Shown here in pieces: positions 19,345-29,590 of a DNA stretch of 37,554 nt. The DNA is from Lysobacterales bacterium (GTDB lineage: Bacteria > Pseudomonadota > Gammaproteobacteria > Xanthomonadales > SZUA-5). Position numbers and translations under genes: made by a program. Position 1 is the stretch's first letter. Each line of letters starts with the position of its first letter. The notes beneath the pieces are model-generated. The model saw nothing but the letters and a program-made list of their open reading frames with translations. It was not told the DNA's origin and did no database searches. The DNA lies in NCBI GenBank assembly GCA_022844165.1, contig JALHMH010000042.1, positions 1 to 37,554 on the forward strand, in the 5' to 3' direction.

Positions 19345-20996
19345 GACAGCTCCTTATGGACGCGGCGTACGAAGTCGCCGAAGGGTTCGTTGGCGATGCG
19401 CTCAGCAACAAATTGCGCAAACAACACGTCGAGCACATTCAGGATTTGCGTCTCGTCGATGTTCTCGTGCGCCAGCGCATTCAGGCGCTCGCCGATCAGA
19501 TCGCCGCCCAAGTGCAGGTTGTAGCGCCCAGGCGCTTTGCCGATCAGGCCGATCTCCGCCAGGTAGGGCCGCGCGCAACCATTGGGGCAACCGGTGATCC
19601 GCAAGCTGAGCGGTTCGGCGCTGAGCGCATGATTGCCGAGCAGAATCTCGATCTTGGTCAGCAGCTCGGACAAATAGCGTTCTGCTTCGGCCATCGCCAG
19701 CGGGCAAGTCGGCAACGCCACGCAGGCCAACGCGCGCTGTCTCAGTGGCGTGGCGTCGGCGCCGGCGGCTACACCATGCGCGGCGAGCAGCGCGTCGATC
19801 TGCGCGCGATCGCCGTGTGCGACGTTGGCGACGATCAGATTTTGGTTCGGTGTGATTCGAAAATCGCCCTTGTGCACAGCAGCGATCGCCCGCAGGGCAC
19901 TGGCCCAGCGCTGCTCGCCGACATCGGCAATGCGCCCGGCCTCAATGCGCAGGTTCAGATGCCAGCGACCATCGTGGCCAACAATCCAACCAAAACGATC
20001 ACCGCTTTGCGTGAAACTGACCGCCCGCGCCGGGGCGAGCGTCACGCCACTCCGGCTCTCGACTTCGCGCTTGAATACATCCAGACCCACTCGGTCGATC
20101 GTGTACTTCAAGCGCGATTGCTTGCGATTGCTGCGGTTGCCCCAGTCGCGTTGCGTCGTGACCACCGCTTCGGCGATTTGCAGCAACTGTGCGGGGGCGA
20201 TCGATCCGATCACGCTGCCGCGGCGCGGGTAGGTGCTGGCGTCGCCATGCGTTGCGCCAAGGCCACCGCCAACGCTGACATTGAATCCGACCAGCCCGCC
20301 GTCTTCGATCAGTGCGATAAAACCCAGGTCATGTGCATACACGTCGACATCATTGATCGGCGGCACCGCAATCGCTGCCTTGAATTTGCGCGGCAAATAG
20401 GTGGCGCCGTAGATCGGTTCGTGTTCTTCGCCGCCGGCGACCAACTCACCATCCAGCCAGATTTCGGCGTACGCCCGAGTCTTCGGCAACAGGTGCTCGG
20501 ACAGCTTGACGGCCCACTCGTAGGCCAGCCGATGCGCCCGACTCTCGATCGGGTTGGCGCTTGCCATCACGTTGCGATTGACGTCGCCGCACGCGGCAAT
20601 GGTATCCATCAACGTGCGGTTGATCGCGGCAATGGTCGTTTTGAGTTCGCGCTTGATCACGCCGTGAAACTGGAAGGCCTGCCGCGTCGTCAGGCGCAGC
20701 GAGCCGTTGCCGTAGGTCTGGGCGATCTGATCGAGCGCCAACCACTGCGCTGGCGTGCACACGCCACCCGGCGTGCGCGTGCGGATCATGAAGCTGTAGG
20801 CCGGTTCCAGTTTTGCGAGGCGCCGCTCCTCACGCTGATCGCGATCGTCTTGCTGGTAGCTGCCGTGGAACTTGATGAGCTGCGTATCGTCGTCGGCCAA
20901 CGCACCCGTGACCGGATTGTGCAAGCTGTCGACGATGCTGCCGCGCAAGTGCCGGCTGGCGGTTTTGATGAGTTCGACGGGAGAAAGTGCGCTCAT
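19341..20996 (-). CDS. cysI: Assimilatory sulfite reductase hemoprotein subunit
   Basis: [26 protein letters not shown] and TGCPNGC siroheme/Fe-S ligands. Confidence 0.97.
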   Translation of the reverse strand: MSALSPVELIKTASRHLRGSIVDSLHNPVTGALADDDTQLIKFHGSYQQDDRDQREERRLAKLEPAYSFMIRTRTPGGVCTPAQWLALDQIAQTYGNGSLRLTTRQAFQFHGVIKRELKTTIAAINRTLMDTIAACGDVNRNVMASANPIESRAHRLAYEWAVKLSEHLLPKTRAYAEIWLDGELVAGGEEHEPIYGATYLPRKFKAAIAVPPINDVDVYAHDLGFIALIEDGGLVGFNVSVGGGLGATHGDASTYPRRGSVIGSIAPAQLLQIAEAVVTTQRDWGNRSNRKQSRLKYTIDRVGLDVFKREVESRSGVTLAPARAVSFTQSGDRFGWIVGHDGRWHLNLRIEAGRIADVGEQRWASALRAIAAVHKGDFRITPNQNLIVANVAHGDRAQIDALLAAHGVAAGADATPLRQRALACVALPTCPLAMAEAERYLSELLTKIEILLGNHALSAEPLSLRITGCPNGCARPYLAEIGLIGKAPGRYNLHLGGDLIGERLNALAHENIDETQILNVLDVLFAQFVAERIANEPFGDFVRRVHKELS

Positions 20997-22726
20997 TAGT
21001 ACACATCCCTTCGGTAGCGCCCAGCTTCAACCAGCCCGGCCAGATAGTCATCGGCATCGCCCTGTCCACGAGCGAGTTCGATGGCGGATCGCAACGCGCG
21101 ATCGACATCAGGCGCCATCCGTGTCGCGTCGCCGCAGACATACACGGCTGCGCCGCTTTCAAGCCACGCGTAGATGTCTTGCGCACGTTCCCAGATGCGC
21201 TGCTGCACATAAACGCGTTGTGCCTGGTCGCGCGAAAAAGCCACATCGAGGCGGCTCAGGTGGCCACGTTTGAGCGCATCGAGCCACTCGGCCTGATACA
21301 AAAACTGGCTGGCGAAATGTTGTTCGCCGAAGAACAGCCAGTTGCGGCCGCGCGCGCCACGCTCGGCGCGTTCCTGCACAAACGCACGAAACGGTGCCAC
21401 GCCGGTACCCGGGCCGATCATGATCAGATCGGTGGCGTCGTCCGGCAAATGGAAGCGCGGATTGGAATCGACATAAACGCGCACCAACGCGCCATCCGTG
21501 CTCTCGGCCAGGTAGCGCGACGCCGCGCCGCGTGAGTCGACGGCGACCGTCAGATGCACCTCATTGCCGACCGCCAGTGCGCTCGATGAAATCGAGTACA
21601 GGCGTGGCGTCAGCGGCAACAAGTGCGCAACTAACCAATCGGCGGTGACGCGCTCGTCGAGTTCCGCGAGCAACTCGGCCAGCTGCGTGGTGCGCAGCCG
21701 CGCCGGCAGATCCGCTGCCGCCAACCAGGACTCGGCGCCCGCCGAGCGCTGCGCGAGCGCGGCGACCACGGGTTTGGCCAGCCGAGTGATCTCGCGTTCG
21801 TGCGAGAGCCATTCGCGCAGTGTTTGCGATCTGCCCTGATATTCGACAAGCGCATCGCCATTCGCGCCGCTGGCTGCAAGCAGCGCTTGCACGTGCGTCG
21901 CCGGGTTGACCGGCCAAACGCCGAGGCTGTCGCCGGGTTGATAGACGATGCCGGTGCCGTCGAGATCGAGCACCAGATGGTGCACATCCTTGCGCGCCGA
22001 CCGCAGCGTGATGCGCTGGTTCTCGACCAGGGCGATGGCCCGCGGTGCGTCGCGCGTTGCAGCCGGGACGCGCGGCCGCAGTGGCGTGACATTGTTCGCT
22101 GGCGACGGCGGCACGTCGGCTTTGGCGCGCGCCAGCGCGGCATCGCGCCAGGGCGCGGCGACGCGCTCGATATCGACATCCGCTTCGGCGAGCGGCAACA
22201 CGCGCTCGGCGCCGAGTTCGCTCAGTCGCGTATCCAACACGCGACCGATCGCACAGAACTTTGGATAAGACGAATCGCCCAGCGCCAACACGGCAAACCG
22301 CAGACCATCGAGCTTCGGCGCTCTTGCGCTGAGCAAACCATCGATCAGACCACGCGCCTCTTCGGGTGGATCGCCATCGCCTTGCGTGCTGATCACGAAA
22401 TACACGAGGCGCTCATTCGCCAGTTGTTTGAGTTTGAGATCGCCGGCATGCAGATGGCGCACCGCATAACCCTGGCGTTGCGTGTCGTTCGCAAGTTTCT
22501 CCGCCACACGCCGCGCGTTGCCGGTTTGCGAGCCGCTGACGACCAGCAGCGTCGAGGTTTCGGCGGTGGGCGAGGAAGCCGGATCAGGAAGCTCCGCTCG
22601 CGCCGCGAAGTACCCGGCGAGCCAGGCGAACCCACGCGCATCGAGTCCGTCGGTCAGCCGCGCCAGCGCTTCGCTGCGCGCGGCGCCGAGGGCAAACTCG
22701 GTTTGGGCGGGAATCACGACGGGCAT
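20996..22726 (-). CDS. cysJ: Sulfite reductase flavoprotein subunit
   Basis: Flavodoxin [45 protein letters not shown]. Confidence 0.95.
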   Translation of the reverse strand: MPVVIPAQTEFALGAARSEALARLTDGLDARGFAWLAGYFAARAELPDPASSPTAETSTLLVVSGSQTGNARRVAEKLANDTQRQGYAVRHLHAGDLKLKQLANERLVYFVISTQGDGDPPEEARGLIDGLLSARAPKLDGLRFAVLALGDSSYPKFCAIGRVLDTRLSELGAERVLPLAEADVDIERVAAPWRDAALARAKADVPPSPANNVTPLRPRVPAATRDAPRAIALVENQRITLRSARKDVHHLVLDLDGTGIVYQPGDSLGVWPVNPATHVQALLAASGANGDALVEYQGRSQTLREWLSHEREITRLAKPVVAALAQRSAGAESWLAAADLPARLRTTQLAELLAELDERVTADWLVAHLLPLTPRLYSISSSALAVGNEVHLTVAVDSRGAASRYLAESTDGALVRVYVDSNPRFHLPDDATDLIMIGPGTGVAPFRAFVQERAERGARGRNWLFFGEQHFASQFLYQAEWLDALKRGHLSRLDVAFSRDQAQRVYVQQRIWERAQDIYAWLESGAAVYVCGDATRMAPDVDRALRSAIELARGQGDADDYLAGLVEAGRYRRDVY

Positions 22727-22902
22727 GGCGCAACGTGCCTGAATGGGGAAGCGCAGTGTCGCGAAAGCCCGGTGGCCAGCGGAAAGGATGCTGCGGTATG
22801 GCGATATGCCAGATGCGAATGTCCATCGAAGCGCTGCCGCGCCCGCGTGTGCATGCTCCGCGAGACTGGTAGCGTTGCGGTTTGTGATCGAGAGCCCAAA
22901 CC

Positions 22903-23145
22903 ATGACCACTCACGAAATCATCGGCACCATCGGCGTCAGCCTGCTGCTGGTGGCATATCTGCTGGATCTGACCGGCAAATTGCCCAATGGCAAACCGCT
23001 GTCGTTGGCGATCAATGCGCTTGGTGCGGGACTGGCCTGCGTATCGGCGTGGATGATTCAGTTCTGGCCGTTTGTGGTGCTGGAAGGCGTTTGGGCCGGC
23101 GTTTCAGTCGCCGGCTTTTTCCGCATGGATCGGCCAGTCACATGA
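22903..23145 (+). CDS. Small three-TM membrane protein (CBU_0592-like)
   Basis: IGTIGVSLLLVAYLL..NALGA..WPFVVLEGVW hydrophobic pattern; coupled to the next gene by ATGA. Confidence 0.7.
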   Translation: MTTHEIIGTIGVSLLLVAYLLDLTGKLPNGKPLSLAINALGAGLACVSAWMIQFWPFVVLEGVWAGVSVAGFFRMDRPVT

Positions 23146-24407
23146 GCGCGCGCGTCGCGCTGGCCATCATCGGCGGCGGCGCCAGTGCGCTCGCCGCTGC
23201 GCTAGCAGCGCGTGCGCGAGGCGTGGCGGCGACGGTCATCGCGCCGGCCGGCGCAGACGGCTGCGGTCTTGCTTATTCGACGGTCGATCCACTGCATCGG
23301 CTGAATGTCTGCGCCGCACGCATGAGCATCGTCGAGAACGAGCCGCACGACTTTGTCGCGTGGTTACAAAGCCGCGATGGCAAAGTTCAGCCGCAGGACT
23401 ACTATCCGCGGGCCGTGTATGGCGAGTATCTGCGCCAGCATTGGCGCACGTTGAGCAACGTCGTCGCAGCCGAGGCGCTGGCGCTCGCGGCAATACAGAA
23501 CGGCTGGCGCATCCAGACGACCCAAGGCGCGCTCGATGCGACGCGCGTCATTCTCGCGATTGGTGTGCCACCGGCTCAACCACTGATTCCCGTGTCCGAT
23601 GCGCGCTATCGGCTCGATGGATACGCACCGCGCGATGCGTGGCCACGCCGTGGTCTGCTGATCGGCAGCAGCCTGACGGCCGTCGACATCGCGCTGTCGT
23701 GGTGTGCGGCGCGCGCGGACGCAGAGCTGACAGTGATTTCGCGCCATGGTTTGTGGCCGCTGGCGCACAACGATCTGCCGCGGCATGGGCAGATCGCACT
23801 CGACATCCGCAGTCCGCGCCACATTCTGCGTTCGATGCGGCGCGCGATCGCGACGGGCGTCGACCCCTGCGCTGCCGTCGACAGCCTGCGCGATGCCACC
23901 GTCGAGTTGTGGACCGGATTTTCGCGCGCTGATCGTGCCCAGTTCTTGCGTCATGCGCGCAGCCGCTGGGACAGCGCCCGGCATCGCATGGCGCCGCACG
24001 TTGCTCAGGCACTGGCGGCGCTGCAGGCCGACGGCCGTGTGCGGCTGGTCGCCGGCAGAATCCGCGGAATCGCAGCGGACGGGGATCTGGCGGTCGATTG
24101 GCAACCCCGCGGTCGTGCACGCATCGAAACGCTGCGTGTCGATGAAGTTGTGCAATGCACGGGCTTCGACGGCGGCCTGACCAGCGCCGGCTCGCCGCTG
24201 CTGCGCTCGTTGCTGGACGCAGGTCTTGCGCAAGCTGACGCCCATCGCCTCGGCCTGGCATTGGATCGCAAACAGCGTGTGATCGGCGCCGGCGGGCGAG
24301 CACATGCCACGCTGTTTGCGCTTGGTGCGCTCGGACGCGGTAGTCTTTGGGAATGTATCGCGATCCCCGAAATCCGCAGCAGCGCGGCGGCCATGGTTGT
24401 GGCTTAG
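23142..24407 (+). CDS. FAD/NAD(P)-binding protein
   Basis: AIIGGGASA, GLAYST..HRLNV, IGSSLTAVD, VVQCTG, GSLWECIAIPEIR. Confidence 0.85.
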   Translation: MSARVALAIIGGGASALAAALAARARGVAATVIAPAGADGCGLAYSTVDPLHRLNVCAARMSIVENEPHDFVAWLQSRDGKVQPQDYYPRAVYGEYLRQHWRTLSNVVAAEALALAAIQNGWRIQTTQGALDATRVILAIGVPPAQPLIPVSDARYRLDGYAPRDAWPRRGLLIGSSLTAVDIALSWCAARADAELTVISRHGLWPLAHNDLPRHGQIALDIRSPRHILRSMRRAIATGVDPCAAVDSLRDATVELWTGFSRADRAQFLRHARSRWDSARHRMAPHVAQALAALQADGRVRLVAGRIRGIAADGDLAVDWQPRGRARIETLRVDEVVQCTGFDGGLTSAGSPLLRSLLDAGLAQADAHRLGLALDRKQRVIGAGGRAHATLFALGALGRGSLWECIAIPEIRSSAAAMVVA

Positions 24408-24415
24408 GTTATTTT

Positions 24416-24599
24416 CTAGCGAGGCTTCGCCTCAGACCGCCGAGCATTGTTGGCTTCGCCAGACACCGTACTTGCCACAACCCCCATCGAGCGCTGCGCG
24501 CTCGATCGCCCCCTTAATTTAAGGGGGCTGCCAAAGCCAAGGCCGCTCCTAAGAAAATTTGACTCAAATGACAAGATCCAGCTTCATCAAGGACTCTAG
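24416..24599 (+). repeat. CTAG repeat copy B (internally deleted)
   Basis: Same left end as copy A; lacks the middle hairpins; ends AAGGACTCTAG. Confidence 0.9.
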
Positions 24600-24841
24600 C
24601 GAGGCTTCGCCTCAGACCGCCGAGCATTGTTGGCTTCGCCCGACGGCGTACTTGCCAGATCCCCGCGCGCGGCGCGCATTTCCGGTCCGGCGGCACAGCC
24701 GCCGGTCGTTCGGATCGGCACACGCCTTGCGGCGTGTTAGCGCCAATCCTCACCCCCTTGGCTCAAGGGGGCTTCAAAGGCCAAAGCCGCTCCAATGAAA
24801 CAGACTCAAATGAAAAGATCCCGCTCCGTCAAGGACTCCAG
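24596..24841 (+). repeat. CTAG repeat copy C, head-to-tail with B
   Basis: Shares CTAG 24596-24599 with copy B; ends AAGGACTCCAG. Confidence 0.9.
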
Positions 24842-24904
24842 CGCCTTCAGACGCAGGATTTGCAGAGATCTCGCCAATGTCGATTCGAATCAGGACCTGA
24901 GAAC

Positions 24905-25474
24905 ATGCGCGTGAACTTTCGAACCCGCATCTGCCTGGCGCTTTGCGTCATCGCCCTTTGGCTCGGCGGTTGCGCATCGCGCCTGGTGAACACCGGGCCG
25001 CAAACCGTTGATGGCATCGCGCTGAATACGCCGCTGACTTGGACCAGCTTCGGCAGCAAGGGCCAACGCGTCTGGACCCGCGATGGTTCGACGCTCAACG
25101 CGCTGACGATCGTCAGCGATCTCAAACCCGGCCAGCCGCTGTTCGGCACCGAACGCCGCCGCGGCGTCGAAGGTGTGCGCTTCGCCGCCGGTTTGTCGCG
25201 TGTGGCAACGCTGGAGCTGATCGTCGAAGGCCTCAAAGCCGCCGGTTGGGCCAATGTCGAAACCATCGCCACGCAAGCGAGTACCTTCGGCGGCAAACCC
25301 GCGCTGCGCGCCGAACTGAGTCTTGCGCGCCCCAGCGGTCTGCACTATCGCGCCCTGCTGCTGGCCGAGAGCGCCGACGACACACTATCGATGCTGCTCT
25401 TTGTGGCCCCGCAAGAACATTATTTCGAACGCGATCGGGCGGCGATAGAGCAGCTGTTGGCCTCAGCCCGATAG
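24905..25474 (+). CDS. Hypothetical lipoprotein
   Basis: MRVNFRTRICLALCVIALWLGGC lipobox; 189 aa. Confidence 0.75.
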   Translation: MRVNFRTRICLALCVIALWLGGCASRLVNTGPQTVDGIALNTPLTWTSFGSKGQRVWTRDGSTLNALTIVSDLKPGQPLFGTERRRGVEGVRFAAGLSRVATLELIVEGLKAAGWANVETIATQASTFGGKPALRAELSLARPSGLHYRALLLAESADDTLSMLLFVAPQEHYFERDRAAIEQLLASAR

Positions 25475-25499
25475 CACCCCAATGCGCCGCGACCCGTTG

Positions 25500-26036
25500 T
25501 TAGCTGCGCTCGGCTTCGAGCACGCGCTTGAGCTTGGCTAAGCCGCGCTCGTAATCCGCGCCGACGAAGTTTTCGATCATCAGCCCAAAGCAGCGCATGT
25601 AGGGGTTGCCGCCGAGGTCAGTTTCGAAGCGCCACACGACGCGAGTGCCGGTGTTCTCTTCGGAAAGGAGAAACTCGGCCTTCGCCAGACCATCGGGCCC
25701 GAAGTCGAGCGACGTGGCCACTCGGGAGTAGGGTTCGCTGGCGGTGATCGATTGCGTACCCTGCCCGACGTCGGCGTTTCCTGCCCACTGCATTGATGCA
25801 CCGACGCCATCGACCGGCCCGCTGAAAGTGTAGCTGGCGTTGGGGTCCAGGCCTGCCCACGGCGACCATTCGTTGAATCGCGCGTACGAGTTGAGCATCG
25901 CAAACACCGCAGGAGCAGGCCGATCGATCAGTACGCTGCGTTCCGCGCCGACCACACGCGGCAAAAACAGACCGCCGATGCCAGGCAATAACATCAGAAC
26001 GACCAGCACAATCGCCAGCATCTTGAGAATACGCAT
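25500..26036 (-). CDS. SRPBCC family protein (polyketide cyclase-like)
   Basis: N-terminal TM, ERSVLID, WSPW..DP, GVGA..W, DYERGLAKLK; AGGAG RBS. Confidence 0.88.
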   Translation of the reverse strand: MRILKMLAIVLVVLMLLPGIGGLFLPRVVGAERSVLIDRPAPAVFAMLNSYARFNEWSPWAGLDPNASYTFSGPVDGVGASMQWAGNADVGQGTQSITASEPYSRVATSLDFGPDGLAKAEFLLSEENTGTRVVWRFETDLGGNPYMRCFGLMIENFVGADYERGLAKLKRVLEAERS

Positions 26037-26046
26037 TGATGTGCTC

Positions 26047-26285
26047 CTAGAGTCCTTGACGGAGGCGGATCTTCTCATTTGAGTCTGTTTCTTAGAAGCG
26101 GTTTTGGCTCTTGCAGTCCCTTAAGTTATGGGGGTGAGACTCGGCGCTGACAGGCCGCAGGCTTGAGCCGAGTCGAACGCCCGGCGGCTGCGCCGCTGGG
26201 CCGGAAATACGAGGCGCGGGTTGTGGCTGGTACGCTGCCGAACGAAGCCAACAATGCTCGGCGGTCTGAGGCGAAGCCTCGCCAG
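26047..26285 (-). repeat. CTAG repeat copy D (inverted)
   Basis: Reverse complement reads CTGGCGAGGCTTCGCCTCAGACC...GTCAAGGACTCTAG. Confidence 0.9.
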
Positions 26286-26496
26286 TTGTCAGGCTGTCTG
26301 TGTAATGCACCTCCTGTGCGGGCGCCTGCGACGGCGCGATCGATGAGGCGATACGTTGATTGTCCGTGAACGAAGCCGATTGAGGAGACTCGGATTCTCA
26401 ACCTGAGCGCCAGCGCACTTGGTGTGGGCAAGCCCCTTACTTTGCTGTTAACTTCCTCTTAAGATCCGAGCTTTACCGAGAACCACGCAACCTGCC

Positions 26497-28335
26497 ATGG
26501 ATGGTGCGCTGACGCTCTCGTTCGATATCGCGCTGGTTCTGGGCATTTTGTGCCTGACCGTGGCCCTGTTCGTGCGCGACTGGGTGCCGGGTGATGTGGC
26601 AGCACTATTGGTGCTGGTGGTTCTCGGATTGACGCAATTGGTACCCGTCGACCGGCTCTTCGACGGTTTCGCCTCCGGTGCTGTGATCACGATTCTGGCC
26701 GTGATGGTGCTGGGCGCCGGACTCGACCGCACCGGGGTGATGAATCGCGCAGCGAACGTCGTGTTGCGGCTCTCCGGTGGCGAAGAGCAGCGACTGATTG
26801 TCGCGTTGTCGCTGGTTGCCGGCGCGAGCAGCGCCTTTATGCAGAACCCGGCTGTCGTCGCACTATTCCTCCCAGTGGCCAGCCGCATTGCGGCACGCAC
26901 CGGCTACCCGCTCTCGCATTTGCTGATGCCAATGGCGTTTTGCGTGGTGTTGGGCGGCTGCATGAGCATGGTGGGGTCCTCACCCATGATGCTGTTCAAC
27001 GACTTATTGCTCGCCGCGAACCGCAACTTGCCGCCCGGCGCCGAGAGCATGCGCGCGCTGTCGGTGTTTGCCATTCTGCCGATTGGCGCTGCCATGCTGT
27101 TGATGGGGCTGGCCTACTTTCGGCTTTACGCGAGCGCCGTGCTTGGCCGCCTGGATACGGGCCAGCCGGTGACGCCCGGTACCACCGAGAGTTACTTCGA
27201 ACGAGCCTACGGTATCGCGGGGGATGTGTTCGAACTCACAGTAGAACCCGGCAGCGGCTTGATCGGCATTAGTGTCCAGGAAGCCGAAACGCTACCTGGC
27301 GCACCGTTGATGCTGGCCATCAAGGACCAACAAGGCGTTCGCGTGGCGCCACCCGGCGACACGATGATCGGCCCCGGCATCATTCTCGGCGTGCTCGGTC
27401 ATGGCGATCTGGTCGAACATTTTGCCAACGCCCATGGCCTGAAACTCGCCACGCAGCTGCGCATGCTGGAGGACGCCTTTAATCCGGCGCGCTCGGGCAT
27501 CTCCGAGGCAGTGATCCCGCCGGGCTCCCGGTTCATCGGCAATACCATCGGCGCCTTGCGGCTACGTAAGCGCTATGGCATCAGTCCTTTGGCGCTGAAT
27601 CGCGGCGACGAGGTGTTTCGCGAAGATGTTCGCAGCATCGAAATCCGCGCAGGCGACTGTCTGGTCTTGCACAGTGGTTGGCAGGAGCTCGCCGAACACG
27701 CCCACGATCGCGATTTTCTGGTGGTCACCGACTATCCGAAAGACGAGGCGCGCCCGCAAAAACAATGGATGGCCTTGAGCTTTTTTGCGCTGGGATTTTT
27801 GTTGACGTTGCTCGGTCATTTCCCGCTGCCGCTGGCTTTGCTGGCAGCTGCCCTGGGCATGCTGCTCACCGGCGTCATCAGTATGGACGAGGCCTACAAA
27901 GCGATCAGCTGGAAGACAATCTTCCTGTTGGCTTGCCTGATTCCATTAGGTATCGCCGTCGACAGTACCGGCACCGCCGCGTACATCGCCCAGGGCGTAT
28001 CGCAGCATCTGGTCGGCTGGCCGGATTGGTCGATGCAACTGGCGTTGGCGTTGGTCAGCGCAGCGGCAGCCATCGCGATTTCGCAGGTCGGCGCCGCCGT
28101 GCTGATGGTGCCGCTGGCGATCAACCTGGCGTTGGCCAACAACGCCAACCCGGTCGAATATGCCTTGATCGCAGCCCTTGGCGCCTCCAACAACTTCTTG
28201 ACCGCAAGCAACGCCGTCAACTCGCTGATCAGTGGCCCAGGCGGTTATCGATCGCGCGAATTCCTGCGCGTCGGCGTGCCACTGACGTTGTTGTTTGCCG
28301 TACTTTCGGTGGCGATGGTGAACCTGATTTTCTGA
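26497..28335 (+). CDS. SLC13 family permease with TrkA-C domains
   Basis: N- and C-terminal TM bundles (SSAFMQN, ISWKTIFLLAC, GPGGY) around two TrkA_C-like domains (SRFIGNTIGALRLRKRYG). Confidence 0.9.
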   Translation: MDGALTLSFDIALVLGILCLTVALFVRDWVPGDVAALLVLVVLGLTQLVPVDRLFDGFASGAVITILAVMVLGAGLDRTGVMNRAANVVLRLSGGEEQRLIVALSLVAGASSAFMQNPAVVALFLPVASRIAARTGYPLSHLLMPMAFCVVLGGCMSMVGSSPMMLFNDLLLAANRNLPPGAESMRALSVFAILPIGAAMLLMGLAYFRLYASAVLGRLDTGQPVTPGTTESYFERAYGIAGDVFELTVEPGSGLIGISVQEAETLPGAPLMLAIKDQQGVRVAPPGDTMIGPGIILGVLGHGDLVEHFANAHGLKLATQLRMLEDAFNPARSGISEAVIPPGSRFIGNTIGALRLRKRYGISPLALNRGDEVFREDVRSIEIRAGDCLVLHSGWQELAEHAHDRDFLVVTDYPKDEARPQKQWMALSFFALGFLLTLLGHFPLPLALLAAALGMLLTGVISMDEAYKAISWKTIFLLACLIPLGIAVDSTGTAAYIAQGVSQHLVGWPDWSMQLALALVSAAAAIAISQVGAAVLMVPLAINLALANNANPVEYALIAALGASNNFLTASNAVNSLISGPGGYRSREFLRVGVPLTLLFAVLSVAMVNLIF

Positions 28336-28358
28336 TGGCCGGCGAGCGCAACACACAT

Positions 28359-28884
28359 TTACAGCACCCACAACTCATCCAACGAAAACGGCAGCGTATC
28401 AAAGGGCGGTGGGTACACGACCTCGCTGCCGGCGAAAGTTCCGAGCAGAACCGAGCGACCGCGCTCGTCGCGTTCGTAGGCTTCCAGAGTCTGCGCCTGT
28501 ATGTCGATCAACCAGGCATGGGCGACGCGTTCGGCTGCGTAGATCGGCATCTTGACGGTACGATCGTGGCGGGTAGTTCGGAACCACATCAATGTGCGCT
28601 TCGCTGGGAATGCCTGGCAAGCGTTCGCGGCGCCATGCGGCGAGATCGGGAACGAGTACGTTGCCAGCAAGATGCAGTTCGGGTTCGATCAGGACCAGCC
28701 AATCGCCAGGACCGCCGTGACGATAACCCCGATCCACGAATGAACCGACGCGCACCGCCGACAACGAATGGCGCGGCGCCGGCCGCGGCATCTGATAGAG
28801 CGTGCCGCGAATCAGCTCGGCAACCACCGTTTCCGGCGCCGCAAGTACATCGTCGTAAGTTGCTAGTTTTCCTGCCGTGTTCAT
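28359..28884 (-). pseudogene. Uma2 family endonuclease, internal deletion plus frameshift
   Basis: ATYDDV..AELIRG..PRPAPRH..LVPDLAAW..VVPN in one frame; RHDRTVKMPIYA..VAHAWLID..PPF in another; the EVLSP segment is missing near 28575. Confidence 0.85.
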
Positions 28885-28944
28885 GTGCCCACTGTAACGG
28901 CATGCGGGATGCACGGCAACTTGCGCCAGAGACCGCTGAGCGTT

Positions 28945-29192
28945 CCCGCCCGGTTCTGCCTCGGCGCGCAGAGCGATGTTGGATTTGTTCTACAGCGTGC
29001 CTGCCACAGCGCCGATTGAGCGCTGCGCGCTATTCCCAGCCCAGCGGCCGCGCTGGGTGCGTTCGGCCGGCACACGCCCGGCCAGGAGTCAGTGCCGATC
29101 CTCCCTTCCTGAGCTTCAGAGCTTCAACGGCCAACGCTGCTCCGAAAAAAGCAGACTCAGACGTACAGAATCGGCGCACTCAAGAACGCCAG
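28945..29192 (+). repeat. CTAG repeat copy E (strongly diverged; left boundary approximate)
   Basis: Retains attgagcgctgcgcgct, gttcggccggcacacgcc, gcttcaacggccaa and cagactca in the same order as the other copies. Confidence 0.7.
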
Positions 29193-29333
29193 CGAGGCTT
29201 CGCCTCAGATCGACGAGCATTGCTGGCTTCGTCCGACAGCGTACTCGCCACGACTCAAGGCTTCAAAAGCCAAAGCCGCTTTGGTAGAAAATTTGACTCA
29301 ACTGTACAGATCCCGCTCCGTCAAGGACTCTAG
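29189..29333 (+). repeat. CTAG repeat copy F (short), head-to-tail with E
   Basis: CCAGCGAGGCTTCGCCTCAGA...TTTGACTCAA...GTCAAGGACTCTAG. Confidence 0.88.
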
Positions 29334-29451
29334 ACGCCACCGGCAGTTCGGACTGCTCGGACCCGAAGTTGGTCCGGACTCAACATCCGCCGCATCGCCC
29401 GACGATAGCCGCCGATCGGTGCTGAGAATGGTGTGGGAATTTTCCGACAAG

Positions 29452-29526
29452 TTCTTGCCCGTTCGCTGACAACTGACGTTTCCGTTTGCCGTGCTTTCGG
29501 TGGCAATGGCGAACCTGATCTTCTGA
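29452..29526 (+). repeat. Degenerate duplicate of the SLC13 gene 3' end (28261-28335)
   Basis: Ungapped alignment at offset 1191; the last 55 bp are 48/55 identical, including the stop codon. Confidence 0.85.
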
Positions 29527-29590
29527 AAGCCGCGTTGTCGCCCACTTCTGCGCGTCGCGGCGCCGGCGGGTGCCGGCGCCGCGCGCTATA

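Noticed and set aside
19356-20999. 547-aa + strand ORF and other long antisense ORFs over clpB, cysJ and the S8 genes
   Set aside because: Shadow ORFs of high-GC coding genes on the opposite strand
22743-24407. 554-aa ORF as a single protein
   Set aside because: Homology begins at MSARVALAIIGGG (23142); the upstream part overlaps a better small membrane gene in another frame
24416-24841. Possible CRISPR array (recurring ~43-bp left end)
   Set aside because: Only two adjacent units, the intervening DNA is homologous rather than unique spacers, and there are no cas genes
27678-29333. 551-aa ORF spanning SLC13, Uma2 and repeats
   Set aside because: Crosses unrelated features, low-complexity Arg/Ala/Gly composition, no motifs
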